This document shows, one piece after another, positions 26,661 through 39,247 of a stretch of DNA of 64,000 nt (positions are counted from its first letter, which is position 1; each line of letters starts with the position of its first letter). The notes under the pieces are model-generated. The model did not search any database. It was not told the origin of the DNA and was given only the letters and a program-made list of their open reading frames with translations. This stretch comes from Rhizophagus irregularis (taxonomy: Eukaryota). The position numbers were made by a program, and so were the translations under genes. The stretch covers positions 5,270,001-5,334,000 of the forward strand of contig NC_089434.1 of the NCBI RefSeq assembly GCF_026210795.1. Reading direction: 5' to 3'.

Positions 26661-27772
26661 CTGCCCAAAAAAAAAATTGTTATTATGGTCATGTCAATTT
26701 TATTTGTAATGTGCTGCAACCGTTGATCTTATGATGCAATTTCCTAAACATATAATTGGTTCTCAGAAAGTCAAAGAAATTTCTATTGCGCCACATGCTG
26801 CGCCGCAAGACAGAAAAAAATTTGAAGGACCTTTAGAAAAGAGCACTCACAAGTCTTAAGCCTGAAGTAGAGGTATTAGACTCCTGACCCGTCCGCAGAA
26901 TGTTATCAATCATCATGCAAAATACGGTTGTTCCTAAAAATTGTTAGGCCCAAACCGTTTTGTTGTAATATGCCTCCCAGGTTGCGAACATGACTCAAGT
27001 CCCCTTTTGGACTTCGTACTTCTTGTCCTTGCTTGAAACTCGTCTTGAACGTCCGTAAAAGAGAGAATATTCAGTTGGTGACGTTTATCTGGCTCCAAAA
27101 AACATTTTAATATAACAACTCTTCTGTTTTTTGTTTCATCTTTTTCCTAAAAATTTGTGGACAAGATGATCGTTGGAAAGAGTCACATTCTGATCTGTCT
27201 TTGTTTATTTATTTATTATTTATTAGGAGAGGTAATAGGAGGTAAATTGATTGACGTAATTATTACAAAGGAAAGTGATTGTGATAAAGGAATTGTAGAT
27301 TAGATAATACAATGAACTTCGGAATTGTTTAATGATGATCATTGTGATGATAATGACATCGGAATTTAAGAAGTTAAGAATTCACAATGAAAAGTTAATT
27401 TTGGATTTATGAATTTTATAAGGAATTTACAAGTGGTCCAGTTGAGAATATTTTTTAGGACAAAAATTGTTGTTTAGATAACAATGTAGATATTAACTGT
27501 TAATGACGTAAAATATTTAAGAGTCTGACGGATAATTTAATGGATGATCTGCAACACACTAAATTATCCGGAAACTAATTATTAAACTTTTAAAGCTTAA
27601 TTTAGACTTTAGTGTAACTTTATAGACTTTAAATACGACCATTATTAAACTGATCGCGTTTATATTTTCTTTTTTTTATTTCATAAAAGTTTTATTGCTT
27701 TTTATTACTTTTATATTAATATTTTTCAATAAAATTTTTTAATTTATATCATAACATATAATAAATTTTTAC

Positions 27773-29439
27773 ATGGCTAGTCGAAATCGAGGTCGAGGCA
27801 GAGGTAGAGGCCAAAGTCGGAATAAAAATTCCAATAAAGGTCGTAGTAAAAGTAAAAATACTGATTTAATAGAGGTAGTAGATAAAACTATAAATGATGA
27901 GACTTTGAATGATAAACGTAAAAGGTCAATAGCATCAAGTTCAGATGATAGTAGTGATGATGAGAAAAACCAAAAAGAAACATCATCACAATTACCACTT
28001 TTAGAGAGAAGTAATACTGGACCTTTTCATTTGTCACTTTCTACTCCTACTTTACAAAAAAATACATTAATTTCCACTCCAACATCAACTTCTATCCCAA
28101 AGTCACTTTTTTCATCAATTCAATGTAAAAATACTACTAAAAATAACCTTAATTCATTACGTTCTAATGATAAGTTTGAAGAGAATGATGGTAACCAAAC
28201 TGATGACTCCAACAAATCTTCTCACGTTTCTGCAAATGAACATGATTCAACCTTATTACAAAGTATTTTTATTTACAACTCTTTATTTTTTTTTATATTT
28301 ATGTATATGTATTATAATAGAAAATTAATTTTTTAGCATCAGATTCTCGCATATTAACGAAAATTCTTGAAGTTGTGATGCAGAACCAAAAAGATCTTAA
28401 ATTTCTATCAACCAAGGTAATGGGATTAGAAAGTGATAACAAAAATTTCCATAATGAATTAAGTGAGATTAAAGATGCTATTGGGTCAAGTGATGAAAGT
28501 TTAAAAGCAGTATCATCAAACAAAAGCAAAAACTGACTAATTGGATTGACGTAAGTAATACTAAATGATTTTCATAACGCATATTACGTTTTCTCATTAA
28601 TAAACATTTTATTTGTTAGGTTTATATTTCATATATTGCTGAAGACTTGATATTAGATTACAAATATCCAACAAAAGAACAAGTTAAAGAGGCTTCTTTG
28701 CGTATATTAACAAAATTTCAATCCGAAAAAATAAAACTAATAATGGCATCTAACGAGTGGGATTTATTATTTGAGAATGGTATACTTTCAGCAGTAAGTT
28801 ATTTATTTATAAGTTAAGTTGATTAATATTATACATTATAATTACTACTATATACTGTATATTGTTTTATTAATAGGTAATTACTACTAAGCTAACTTCA
28901 TTACGTGGTGGAATTGTTTCAAAAATTAAACAAAAGATGTTTGAAGTGTTTGGCCATTCACTTGAACATATTGATTCTGATGCAAGTTCTAGGGCCATTA
29001 CTTCTTGGAAAGAATCAGACAATACTAAATGGTGTTTTGAAAACTTGGGTACAATAATGCCAGACGAGTCAAATACCACGTATATGGATGAAATTATTAA
29101 AAGAAGTTTTCAAACAAAAACAGCAACTAAAAATGACCGTCTATTTGCTATTGCAGTCGTATGCTATATTCTGGATGAAAATTCAAGATGGAATCAAAAT
29201 AGAAAAGAAGTCCATTTTAAGACTAATGAATTAACTTCAGGTATCTTATTTAATATTTTAATAAATATTGTATTTTGAATTCGCGCTTAATTATTAACTT
29301 ATTTCATTATTGTTATATTATCATAGAATGGTACTATGCAGAAAGATTAGGTATAAGACTTCAATTATTTTATCCATCTCGTTGCGTAGAAAATTATTAT
29401 ATAAGAACATATAGAGAAATATATAGTAGTGCTAGTTAA
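27773..29439 (+). CDS. Hypothetical protein, 5 exons, RG-rich basic N-terminus; resembles transposon accessory genes; one 1-bp frameshift
   Basis: Exons 27773-28262, 28337-28550, 28620-28793, 28877-29240 and 29327-29439 with GT-AG introns. Adding one A to an A-run near 28522 restores the frame (SSNKKQKLTNWID). Confidence 0.65.
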
Positions 29440-30736
29440 ATTTGTATTTTTAAATAAAATTATTTGCGATTTTATATATTTTTAAAGAAATTTTTAAATA
29501 AAATTATTTGCGATATTATATATTTTTAAATAAAAATATTTATAATTGAAAGTGTAATTTTACGTATTTTAAAATGAAATTTTAAATAAAATTATTTGCG
29601 ATTTTATATATTTTTAAATAAAAATATTTATAATTGAAAGTGTAATCTTACGTATTTTAAAATGAAATTTTTAGTGATTAAAAGTGTAATTTTGTGTATT
29701 TTGAAGTAAAATATTTATAATTAAAAGTGTAAATTTATGTTATTTTAATATATATAAATATATACAATATTCTTAAATTTTGCACAATATTTTACATAAA
29801 TTTATATTGTTCATGGTCCTTATGGACTATAAAGATTTTTATGTATGGCTATATAAAATAATATATATTTATTATATAAAAAAAAATTCCCGATGTACTA
29901 GTTTCAGTTATAATGTCTTCATAAATAATTCTAATTTTTCTCCAGTAGGATCACCTAATATGCTTATATCACTTTACGTCTTTACCGATCACTTTTTTCA
30001 TAAAAAAGTATATTGCAAAGTAAATGTTTAAACTATCATATTATTCTATACTTTAAATCATAAATTTTAATATAGTTTTTTAATTTTTTATATGATAAAT
30101 TGTTAATATGTGATAATTTGAAGGTTTAGACAAAAATTTGATATTAGAGCCAAATATGCAAAACCAGAATTCAAAACTTTGTACAGACACTCTTTATATA
30201 ATATGTAATTTATAACAAAAATAATTCAATGTTCCAGTCCATAATTCAGATTTTTTACTTATAAAGAAACTGATAAATTTTAATAATAAATAATACCAAT
30301 GTCATAAAATTCAATAGATAAATACCATTATTAAAAGATATAAAAACCTTTAGTTGAAGATGAAAATAATAAAAACTTTAAAAACTTTGATGAAAATAAT
30401 AATGATAAAAGTATTGAAAATATTTTAGAAAGCAGTATAGATAATCAGTTTGAAATATTATATCAAATATCGTTAGATACTTAGATTATAATAGTATTAT
30501 AATATAATTTAATAAATTTTATTTTATTAGGTTTATAGAAGAATTACAAAATATACTAGTCTATAATTTATACAAATAAATATTGATCTAATCAACTTTT
30601 ATTTGAATTTAAATACTGAGCACAAGATTGAATAAATGATTGACAAATGATCGGTAAATGATCAGTAAAATTATAATAAAATAGCCTTTAAATTTATCTT
30701 TGATTTTCTCAATTTAGCTTTACATATTATTGTATA

Positions 30737-30950
30737 CTCCTACTAGAAATCCATTATCATCTTATTAAAAAATTATTATCTGAAAATGGTTTACTTATAT
30801 TAAGCCATGGTTTAGGCTTATATATGCACTATTAAATTATTAAATGTTAATAAATACAAGTTAAATTTTATTAAAGAAGAACTTGCTGAATGTGGTATCA
30901 AGAAATCTGGATTTTGTGTTGTTAATAATGAAACTAATTTATCAGAAAAT
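30737..30950 (+). pseudogene. Isolated N-terminal fragment of an XPF/ERCC4/Rad1 repair endonuclease gene
   Basis: Reads LLEIHYHLIKKLLSENGLLILSHGLGL, then after a frameshift/deletion LLNVNKYKLNFIKEELAECGIKKSGFCVVNNET. This matches the XPF start pattern LLE....ELL..DGL.V.ARGLG...LVLN...V.NE as recalled, not searched. Confidence 0.65.
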
Positions 30951-30969
30951 TTTTTAAGATGCAGAACTG

Positions 30970-31210
30970 TGGAGATCTGTAAAATTAGCAGATTTCCACA
31001 TTTTTTATATGAATTTATGTGAAAGTCTATGATTTTGCAGATCTACACTTTTTAATTTTTACAAAATTTTGCAATAATCTGCGATTTTGCAGATTTCTGC
31101 TTTTTTTTATGTGAATTTATGTAAAAGTCTGCGATTTTGCAGATTTCTGCTTTTTTTTTATGTAAATTTTTGCAGAAATCTGCGATTTTGCAGATTTTTG
31201 CTTTTTTTTT
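30970..31210. repeat. ~50-bp tandem repeat (~5 copies) with palindromic core; probably a transposon subterminal array
   Basis: TCTGCGATTTTGCAGATTT at 31078, 31128 and 31179; degenerate copies at ~30977 and ~31027. Confidence 0.8.
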
Positions 31211-31294
31211 CATATTATAGGTTCAGAAAGTGATTCATCTCCAATAAATGGATAATCACGTAAAAATGCACTTTTCATAGTTACATTAGAGTAA

Positions 31295-31664
31295 TTGGAC
31301 GAAATTCAAGAATTAATTAATAAACTTAATATTGAAAATCCTTTTATAGCAAAAGAATACATTCAATATGATAATTCTGAAATTATAACAGATATAATAT
31401 CTAATGAAGAGATTTTAAAGGTGGTTCTTTCCAATAATGATAATAATCAGAAAAAAGGAAGTAGAAAATTCAGATCCTATTACTCATAATAAAGCTATCG
31501 ATTATTATGATAAAGTAATTCTCTATTTAAAACAACAAAAAAAAATTTTCAGTTCAAAAAATGAGAAACTGAAATATGTTAAAAAGCTAAAAAAAGAAGC
31601 TTTAAAACAATGTTTTTTTTCTGCAAGGCAAACTGATCTTAATAGTTTTATAAATGTAATTTGA
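31295..31664 (+). pseudogene. Tigger/CENP-B-like transposase C-terminal remnant
   Basis: EIQELINKLNIENPF.A.EYI.YD....D..SNEEIL, ITHNKAI...DKVILYL and RQTDLNSFI, split by a frameshift. Confidence 0.6.
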
Positions 31665-31737
31665 TTTATTTAAGAAGGTTTTTACATTATTGTGACATAT
31701 AATATTTCTATAATATAATAAATTGTAATGCAAATAT

Positions 31738-31996
31738 ATCCAGTGATCAGAAAAAAATGAAATATAGCTCATTGGAATCGTCTTAACGAGACGAATCTAA
31801 TGGTAGTAAAATCACATTTTTAGGATTAATAGTTAATAAAAAATTAAATAAAATATAAATGATACATTTTTATTTTTATATTTTACTTAATTTCTCATCA
31901 TGTATTAATTCTAGAAATGCGATTTTACTACCATTAGATTTGTCTCGTTAAGACGATTACAATAAGCTATATTTTATTTTTTTCTGATTACTGGAT
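31738..31996. repeat. Long inverted repeat (~90-bp arms); fold-back or transposon-derived
   Basis: ATCCAGTGATCAGAAAAAAATGAAATATAGCTCATTGGAATCGTCTTAACGAGACGAATCTAATGGTAGTAAAATC... is mirrored by ...GATTTTACTACCATTAGATTTGTCTCGTTAAGACGATTACAATAAGCTATATTTTATTTTTTCTGATTACTGGAT. Confidence 0.85.
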
Positions 31997-32939
31997 CAAA
32001 AGTTAGCAAACTGCCTGATTTAAGGTTACCTGTCTAAACCTCTCCAAAATTCTATAATTAGTTTCTCCAAGATTTTACTATAGTTTTATTATAGTTTTGG
32101 CAAGGTTTTGGCAGTTTTGGCATTTATAATAAGTTTCGTCAGGTTTCACTTTTCTCCAAAGTTTCACCAATTTTTTAATAAGATTTTCATATAGTTTCGG
32201 TAAAGTTTCACCATTTCAGCATTTTGCCAACTTGCCAAAACCCCTAGTTTCTCCAGCAACCTTAGTCTGATTGGTGATTGATTGATGCCTGATTTTTCAC
32301 TTTTTAACCTGTGAATTTAATTTGACTTTTTAAATAATTTATTATAGATATATAATGGATAATTCGTTATATGATATACTGAATATTCATTATATTATAC
32401 CAAATAATTTGTTATAATATTAATGATTTTTTTTTATAGTGAAGGCCTGATTGGCCAAACTACTGACTTCATTATATTGAGAGCTGATTTTATTATTTTT
32501 AAAAAATTTGGTGCACATCAAAATTTTTTGTACACATATGATATCACAAAAATGTGCACACTTACTTTTTATTCAGATTTTACATATTGCTGTATGGTCA
32601 CATGGTGCAGTGGCATGGCCCCACCCAGATATATAAGTCTTTATATTATAAGCATATTTATATTAGTCCAAGTTACTAATAAGCTTATTAAAAAAAAATC
32701 TATTATATAGAATTTTTATAACCACCCCAATTTTTTTTGGTCCTAAAAGGTGTGATTATATAAGAGTCAAGTGGTTGACTGAATACCATATTTGATATTT
32801 CCCAATGTTTCCAGTTTATTAAATTAGAATTTTATACTACTCATCTACTCCTTATTCTTTAACATATTTCAAAGCATATTTTACCACTACCCATTTTTTT
32901 TTGATTATTTATATTTCTGGTTAGTACTCTTCATGCTAA

Positions 32940-33185
32940 AAGAGTAAAAGTTAGGAACCGTTATTTCACTCTAGTCTATTTACATTATAGTATTCCATTT
33001 CAAGTATAAAGATATTATTGATAAGCTTCCAGAAAGCCTGGTTAAAAGAGCATATCAAAGCCTTTTGAATCACTCTAAAAATCCTATTCCGTTAGAAATG
33101 ATTTCTGGGAATTCTGATTGAATTGTATAAGTTTATGAGAATTGTTAAACTGATAGGAAATGCAAAAATATGGCCCAGGAAAAAT
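32940..33185 (+). pseudogene. Remnant of a hypothetical gene
   Basis: Open stretch KYKDIIDKLPESLVKRAYQSLLNHSKNPIPLEMISGNSD* followed by DRKCKNMAQEK; interrupted. Confidence 0.35.
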
Positions 33186-33237
33186 TGTGTCCCCGGAATG
33201 TAATGTATTCCCAGTATGAGGTTCCTTAATGGGGATT

Positions 33238-33522
33238 CCTTAATGTACAGTGGGGGTGTATGATATTAATGTACGAACTGGCCGGAGTTAACGTTAACGC
33301 TATCACGTGCAAGTGCATAACTCCTAAACTCGGGCCAGTTTGTACGTTAATATTGTACACCCCTACTGTACGTTAAGGACGCCCTCCTTAATGTACATTG
33401 AGAGTAACGTACAAACTGGCCGGAATTAACGTTAACGCTATCACGTGCAAGTGCATAACTCCTAAATTCAGGCCAGTTTGTACGTTAAAATTGTACATCC
33501 CCACTGTACGTTAAGGACGCCC
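33238..33522. repeat. Tandem pair of ~140-bp hairpin units, each with a CACGTG-containing spacer
   Basis: Unit 1 (33238-33378) has ~46-bp inverted arms CCTTAATGTACAGTGGGGGTGTA...AACTGGCC / GGCCAGTT...TACACCCCTACTGTACGTTAAGG. Unit 2 (33386-33516) has a deleted left arm. The spacer TTAACGTTAACGCTATCACGTGCAAGTGCATAACTCCTAAA is identical in both. Confidence 0.88.
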
Positions 33523-33746
33523 TTCCCAGCATTATGTATTGCAAGAAAACAATCGTCGGGTTATGCGAGATGTAAATCAAGAAGTAACACAACGAACTCA
33601 GATGGTTCTTATCGGCACATGATCGAATTATCAAGTTGAGCATACTGTATAGTCGCGTTACTGCTTTTTTATTTTTTATATTTTCTACCCGAACCAATAT
33701 AAAGAAAACTGAATAAAACCACCATATGCCTGTTAATCTCGACAAA

Positions 33747-36517
33747 ATGGTAAGTTTTCAATAAAGTTAAGGTTACATTAGGAAGTTTTATTGTCTTTTA
33801 TCTTTTCTGTTACAGTTTAAAGGATGGGAAAATGATTTGGTTCCCGAAGATTTCTCCCTTCTCTCCATCCTAAAATTCCGCAAGACAAAAGATGATTTCT
33901 CGTTCAATAAGAAGGTCGAGCATACTCTTGTATCAAAGTTCGTTTCATACGTTGCAGAAAATGCAGATGAAAATTGGAAAGAGGCGGCCTTCATCCTCAA
34001 AAGAGCGCTAAGCGTTAGTATATTTAAGATCTTTATTGACACAAAGCGGTGAGGGAATAGAAATGAAGTTGGACGCTGTCAAAACAACCGCCTAAGTAAC
34101 CTTACAACGCGTTAGGTTAGCTATGGAGACTAGTTATGAACTTCCTCCGGTGGGCTTCATTTAAATCTGCGTGAAGGCCAGAGACAACTCGTCTCGGTGT
34201 CAAGAACAACTCGTTCATTCGCAGTTCCTAAATGTCTCACCTTTAATTGTATTGAAACAAGTTATAATAGATTTTAATTTATTTCTGCTTTTTAAGTGTC
34301 AGACTCAATGGGAATCTACTAATTCTTTCTGGAGCAACGTTGAGCTCGAGAAAGTTGAGAAAGACGAACAGTTATTGAATAGGAAAATGGATCAAGCCGA
34401 GGTATTTTAACTTGAATATCGGTGCATATGAACTATACTAACAGTATCTTACTATTTGCAGATACAATTTGGTTTGGATCAAACTTTAGCCGGAAATGAG
34501 GCTCAAGTTATCTTGAACCAGATAAAGTTGGGTATTTTATCGGATAGGAAGAATTCCAAGAGAAAAGCTACCAATGATGATACAGGTAAGGACGATACAG
34601 ATGCATTAACATCACCCATAGAAAAGGTAACAGCCACTCTTCAAAGGAATTCTATTAGTGTTTTCGCAATAGTTTATATTTTTACATTAAATTTTTGCAT
34701 TTTTGTAGGATGAGATCGATAGTTTTTTTCAAAGCGCCACTAAACAAAGTGCGATTATGAAACGACTGAAATTGGATGAAAAGAACATTCTCAACGAGGA
34801 AGGCGAGGTATGGTATTCACATTGTTTAATTATCGACATTAATAGCTTCAAACTCAGGGATTTATATAAGCTTATATTTACTCGCCTAATACTTTTTTAT
34901 GGACAGCTTATTAGTTATTTACACTCACAAAAAGTATTAAATGAAGGAATTGAATTGGAAACACATAAAAAGGTAAAAGCTTATGTGTTTTTCTATATTT
35001 AGGCGAAAAAAGTTACGAGAGTTGCTTCAAAAGAAAATACTAGGAAATCAAAAAATGCTTCGGAGACAAGTACTCGGAATAATAATTCTTCTGAGCAGTC
35101 TTCCTCTTCTGATTTAGGGCCCGAGGGTGACGAAGAAATAAAGCTTGATTTTACAAGCATTGAAAAAGAATTGTTACGGGAACAATCAAATGAGGTACAT
35201 GTCAAGATTCCGGTGCTTTTATTCTGCATATCTCAACAGTTTACATCCGTTTTTAGTGGGAAGTCGGTACCATAAATGTATCGCAAAGATTTAGAAAATA
35301 TCAAATAGAAATCCTCGAGAAAGCGAAGACTGATGGAATAAAATGGTGTGATTTTCATGAAGTGTTGTAAGTATTTTTGGTCATGTAATGATTATATTGG
35401 ATAATGTGTCATGCTAACGATTTCTATTTATGCTTGATAGGGCATTGTCTTCCGTAATTGTCTTAAATTCGCCTTGCCCCTACCCTGATCATATTTTCAC
35501 CATTCGGGAATGGCGGACGATTACACGTGAGAATCCCTATGTTATAACTGAACCGGTACTGCCATCGGATGTATGTTTCTCTTTACGGAATTCTTTGGCC
35601 GAATTCATGGAAGGCAAGGCCCCTTTTTTTATCCTTGGGAGATTCCGAAATCGGGCGGGTGGTCTCACGAATATTTAATGACATGTAAGTTTTTATCCCA
35701 TAACATATCTAAAACTGAGATCGGATCTGCCTTAACTTTTTATTTCATATATAACAGATGTAGCAGTGTTCCTAAAGTTGCTCCAGCAAAAACTTCAGAG
35801 GACGAGCACTGCTTTAAGTTGCTACATCCAATCATCCGTCCATTGTTTTTCACCGATTCACGCGAAGAATACGTTATTCGACTGAATCGTACTACTAGCG
35901 GTTCGACGACAAGGCCTGATTTTTCGTGCCTGGTTAACGATATTCCTATCTTGAATTCAGAGATAAAGCCATCCGGATTCACACCTCTCCAAGGACAAAA
36001 GGACAAGTTGAAGGTACAGTTGAGAGCGCGAAAGTCAATCAATCAATTATTAAGAACGAAAGGTGGACCAGACGAAACGGTTTTGCTAACAAATCAAGGT
36101 ATGTTTGCTTGTGATCGGTAAAACTTGATTCAACTTCAATTAAATATATTAACAATGCCTTCAGGAGATTTGGTAGAATCACATATAATGGATCTAAGGT
36201 ACGATGGACTTTATCGTTCATGGCCGTTTTTAACTACACGATTAACCAAGGATAAAACGACCATTCCTTTAATGGAGTCGAATATCCGCCACATTAAAGC
36301 ATTAGAGGTACATATATACTACATATTTCATTTTCAAGTTTGCAATGAAACAGCTAACAACATATTTTGTTTATATTCTGATTGGTAGGAACGCATCTGC
36401 AAAATTGCTGAGGATTACAATTCCCGAGGTTGCCAAAGTGAAACAACTCTACCACAAATACGATATATGAGAGACTTACCAAATAGTCCGCAAATAAAAA
36501 AGATACTTAATAGTTGA
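33747..36517 (+). CDS. Multi-exon protein with a C-terminal PD-(D/E)xK restriction-endonuclease-like domain
   Basis: ATG-only first coding exon (33747-33749, then GTAAGT); exon 2 from 33816 reads FKGWENDLVPEDF; many short GT-AG introns. Core SEDEHCFKLLHPIIRPLF...RPDFSC...ILNSEIKP...MDLRYDGLYR; last exon ends MRDLPNSPQIKKILNS*. Internal exon joins were not all resolved and there is a possible frameshift near 35630. Confidence 0.72.
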
Positions 36518-37836
36518 TTGAGTGTGGGTTAGGCTAATGGAATAATCGGTTTATTTTTAGTATTTTAATATGTAATCTTTATGCATGATCACTATGTAAT
36601 AATTATAAATAGTAAAATACTTTACCGCTTTTTGCGTTTTAAATAAATCATTGTAGTGCGTATATGATTGTGACATAATCCAGTCTCCTAGTTTATTGTT
36701 TTCGCATCATCCCAATATCTGTTATAACCTATATGCATATCTTATATAACAAAAAATTTACAGTCCATTATGAAAAATAATGCAAGTGTAACGACTATGA
36801 AGCATTTAAGGTTTCAAGTTTATTCAATGAGACCCAATTCTCGATGATGCTTAGGAATAACTACATATGGGTCTTCGTAATACTAAACATACTTTAGTGC
36901 AATCCAGTTCTCTTCGCACAGTTCTTTTTTGAGTTGATCTCGCCATGTGCCCATGTCATTACTACGTTTGGAATGACTCATACTTTGTGATCATATCTTT
37001 GATTTCTATCAAAGGGTATTTTATAATTTGTAAGATTTTTTTCATTGAAAAATGAAATAAAAGAATATAGCTGATCGATAATGGACCATGGGAACTATAT
37101 TATTAATAATAATAATATTATGAGAAAGCTGAAAAAGAAAGAATTAGGTGATACTGATGTTGTTTCAGGACTAGTGATATTGTCCATTGTCCAGTTCTTT
37201 AATACCTCCAATCTTTTAGACTCACTAAATACTTTTGAAATCTACTCAGCTAAATGAGTATTAGTCTCTTGAAAAAGGATTTCTTTCTCTAATAATACAT
37301 CTTTCATCTGCATTAAATCATTAATCCTTTTTTTTATCCATCAATTCCATTTATGTTAAGGTTAAATCATCTCTCATCCGCATTAATTCATCCTTTTTCT
37401 TAATTTTTCTTCCTTCAGATCTAAGTCAATATTCTTTAGCTTAACATTTTGCCTTGTCTAATTCTCATTTAAGGGAATCCATTTCTGATAAGTCTTTTTG
37501 TATTAAAAGATACTTTATTTCCAACTCTTTTATTTCTGATTGGGAAAGCTTATATCTTTTCCAATTTTATAATGATTTCACTTTTAGCTTTTGCAAGAAA
37601 ATATCTTTACATAAGTAAATACTAATCAATTAAGTACCTACCCAATTGGCAATTGGTACCTTTTTTTAATCAATTACCTGATTTATTTAGTAATTAGAAA
37701 TTTGGTTGGATATAAATTATATTTAAAATATATTTAATTTTTTTTTTTTAGATTACTATCATTTCTAATCTTAAACTTGGATTTGAATTACCCTGTAAAA
37801 AATCTGATCCGTATTTTATCTTTCCGTGTTTTTTCT

Positions 37837-38005
37837 GTAAATGTATCATTTTCATGGAATTAATAGCCTTAAATCATGGAAATTTTCATATTGCTAACAC
37901 GGATATCCGTGAATGTATCATTTTCATGAAATTAATAGCTTTAAATCATGGAAATTTTCATCTCGCTAACACGGATATCTGTGAATGTATCATTTTCACG
38001 GAATT
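37837..38005. repeat. 72-bp tandem repeat, ~2.3 copies
   Basis: ATGTATCATTTTCA recurs at 37841, 37913 and 37985. Confidence 0.9.
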
Positions 38006-38359
38006 TTTACGGAAGACACAGAGAAATAATGGAAATATTCAGATAAAAATTTTTTATAGGATTAGTAAGTTTTAAAAAAACTTTTTTGAATATTTTTTTT
38101 ATATTTATATTTTATATTTAATTTTTTTTATTTATTTTATAGGTATTAGCATTAATTTTTGAATTTGAATTTAAATTATTTAGATTGATAATAATAAATT
38201 TTAAAAATTTCATTTCAAATCACTTTTTTAATATTTAAAAAATATTTATTTATTTTTTTCATTTTGTAAATACTATTGGTTTTGATTTTAATTTGGATTT
38301 GAATTAGTTTGAAACTTTTTTTACTAGATCTTAAAAAGTCTAATATTGTTTGTTTTAAT

Positions 38360-38560
38360 TCAGTAGCTTCAAGAAGGTGTGAACGTCCTTTAAATTAATA
38401 TTTGAGTAAAAGTAAAAACTGCAAGTAAAAATATAAAGCAAAAAATGACTACTGATTTGGAGTTAAAATGTATTTCAGAAAATAATAATAATGGAAATAA
38501 TGAGAAATAAAGGAAATGTAAAAGGTGCCAGAATTTAGGTCATAATTTATATAATTGTAA
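38360..38560 (+). mobile_element. Possible Mutator-like transposase C-terminal zinc-knuckle remnant
   Basis: RKCKRCQNLGHNLYNC (CxxCxxxGHNxxxC) preceded by a decayed RR.RP motif. Confidence 0.4.
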
Positions 38561-39099
38561 AAGTAAGATTTTTAGTGAAAAAATTAATATTATAATTAAA
38601 TAGAATTTTAGTTCAATTGTAATTTATTAATAAAAAATAAAATTTTACTGCAATACTGCGATTACTGCAATATAATTATATGATTTATTTATACCAGTAA
38701 AATTACTAATTAGAAATTTTTATATTTGAAAATACTATATTAAATATAATTTTAAATCAAGTATTTTACTGAAATAATTTATTTAGCAAATTTTATCATT
38801 ATTTTATTTAAAAAACTTTTATAAATAAATTGTAAATTATATAATTAGAAAAATTTTATATATTTGAAAAAAATATATATTAAATATAGTTTTATCTAAT
38901 TTGCAAATTTATTTAAAATGTTAAATATACCCAAGTAATATTAAAAAATTAGCATAACAATTACCTTTTTTGAAAATTCATATTTGTAAAATTTCTTATA
39001 AAAAAAAGATTGGTTATTCCATAGGACTGATAATATTATTCAATAACTATATTATACTTAAGATTATACCTAATTTTAAATATTTTATAATTAATAATG

Positions 39100-39247
39100 C
39101 AGTCAACTCTTTTTAAATGCATTCTTTTTAAATGCATGCATTATATATATATTTATTTTCTAAATGCACCCTCACCTCATATTTTTTCAAATTTTCATTA
39201 TAATTCCAAGGAATTCCAAGGGGGGTGCATTTAGAGAAAGTTGACTG
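39100..39247. mobile_element. pogo/Tigger-type MITE, 148 bp
   Basis: TIRs CAGTCAACTCTTTTTAAATGCA / TGCATTTAGAGAAAGTTGACTG; right flank TA, left flank TG (decayed TA). Confidence 0.65.
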
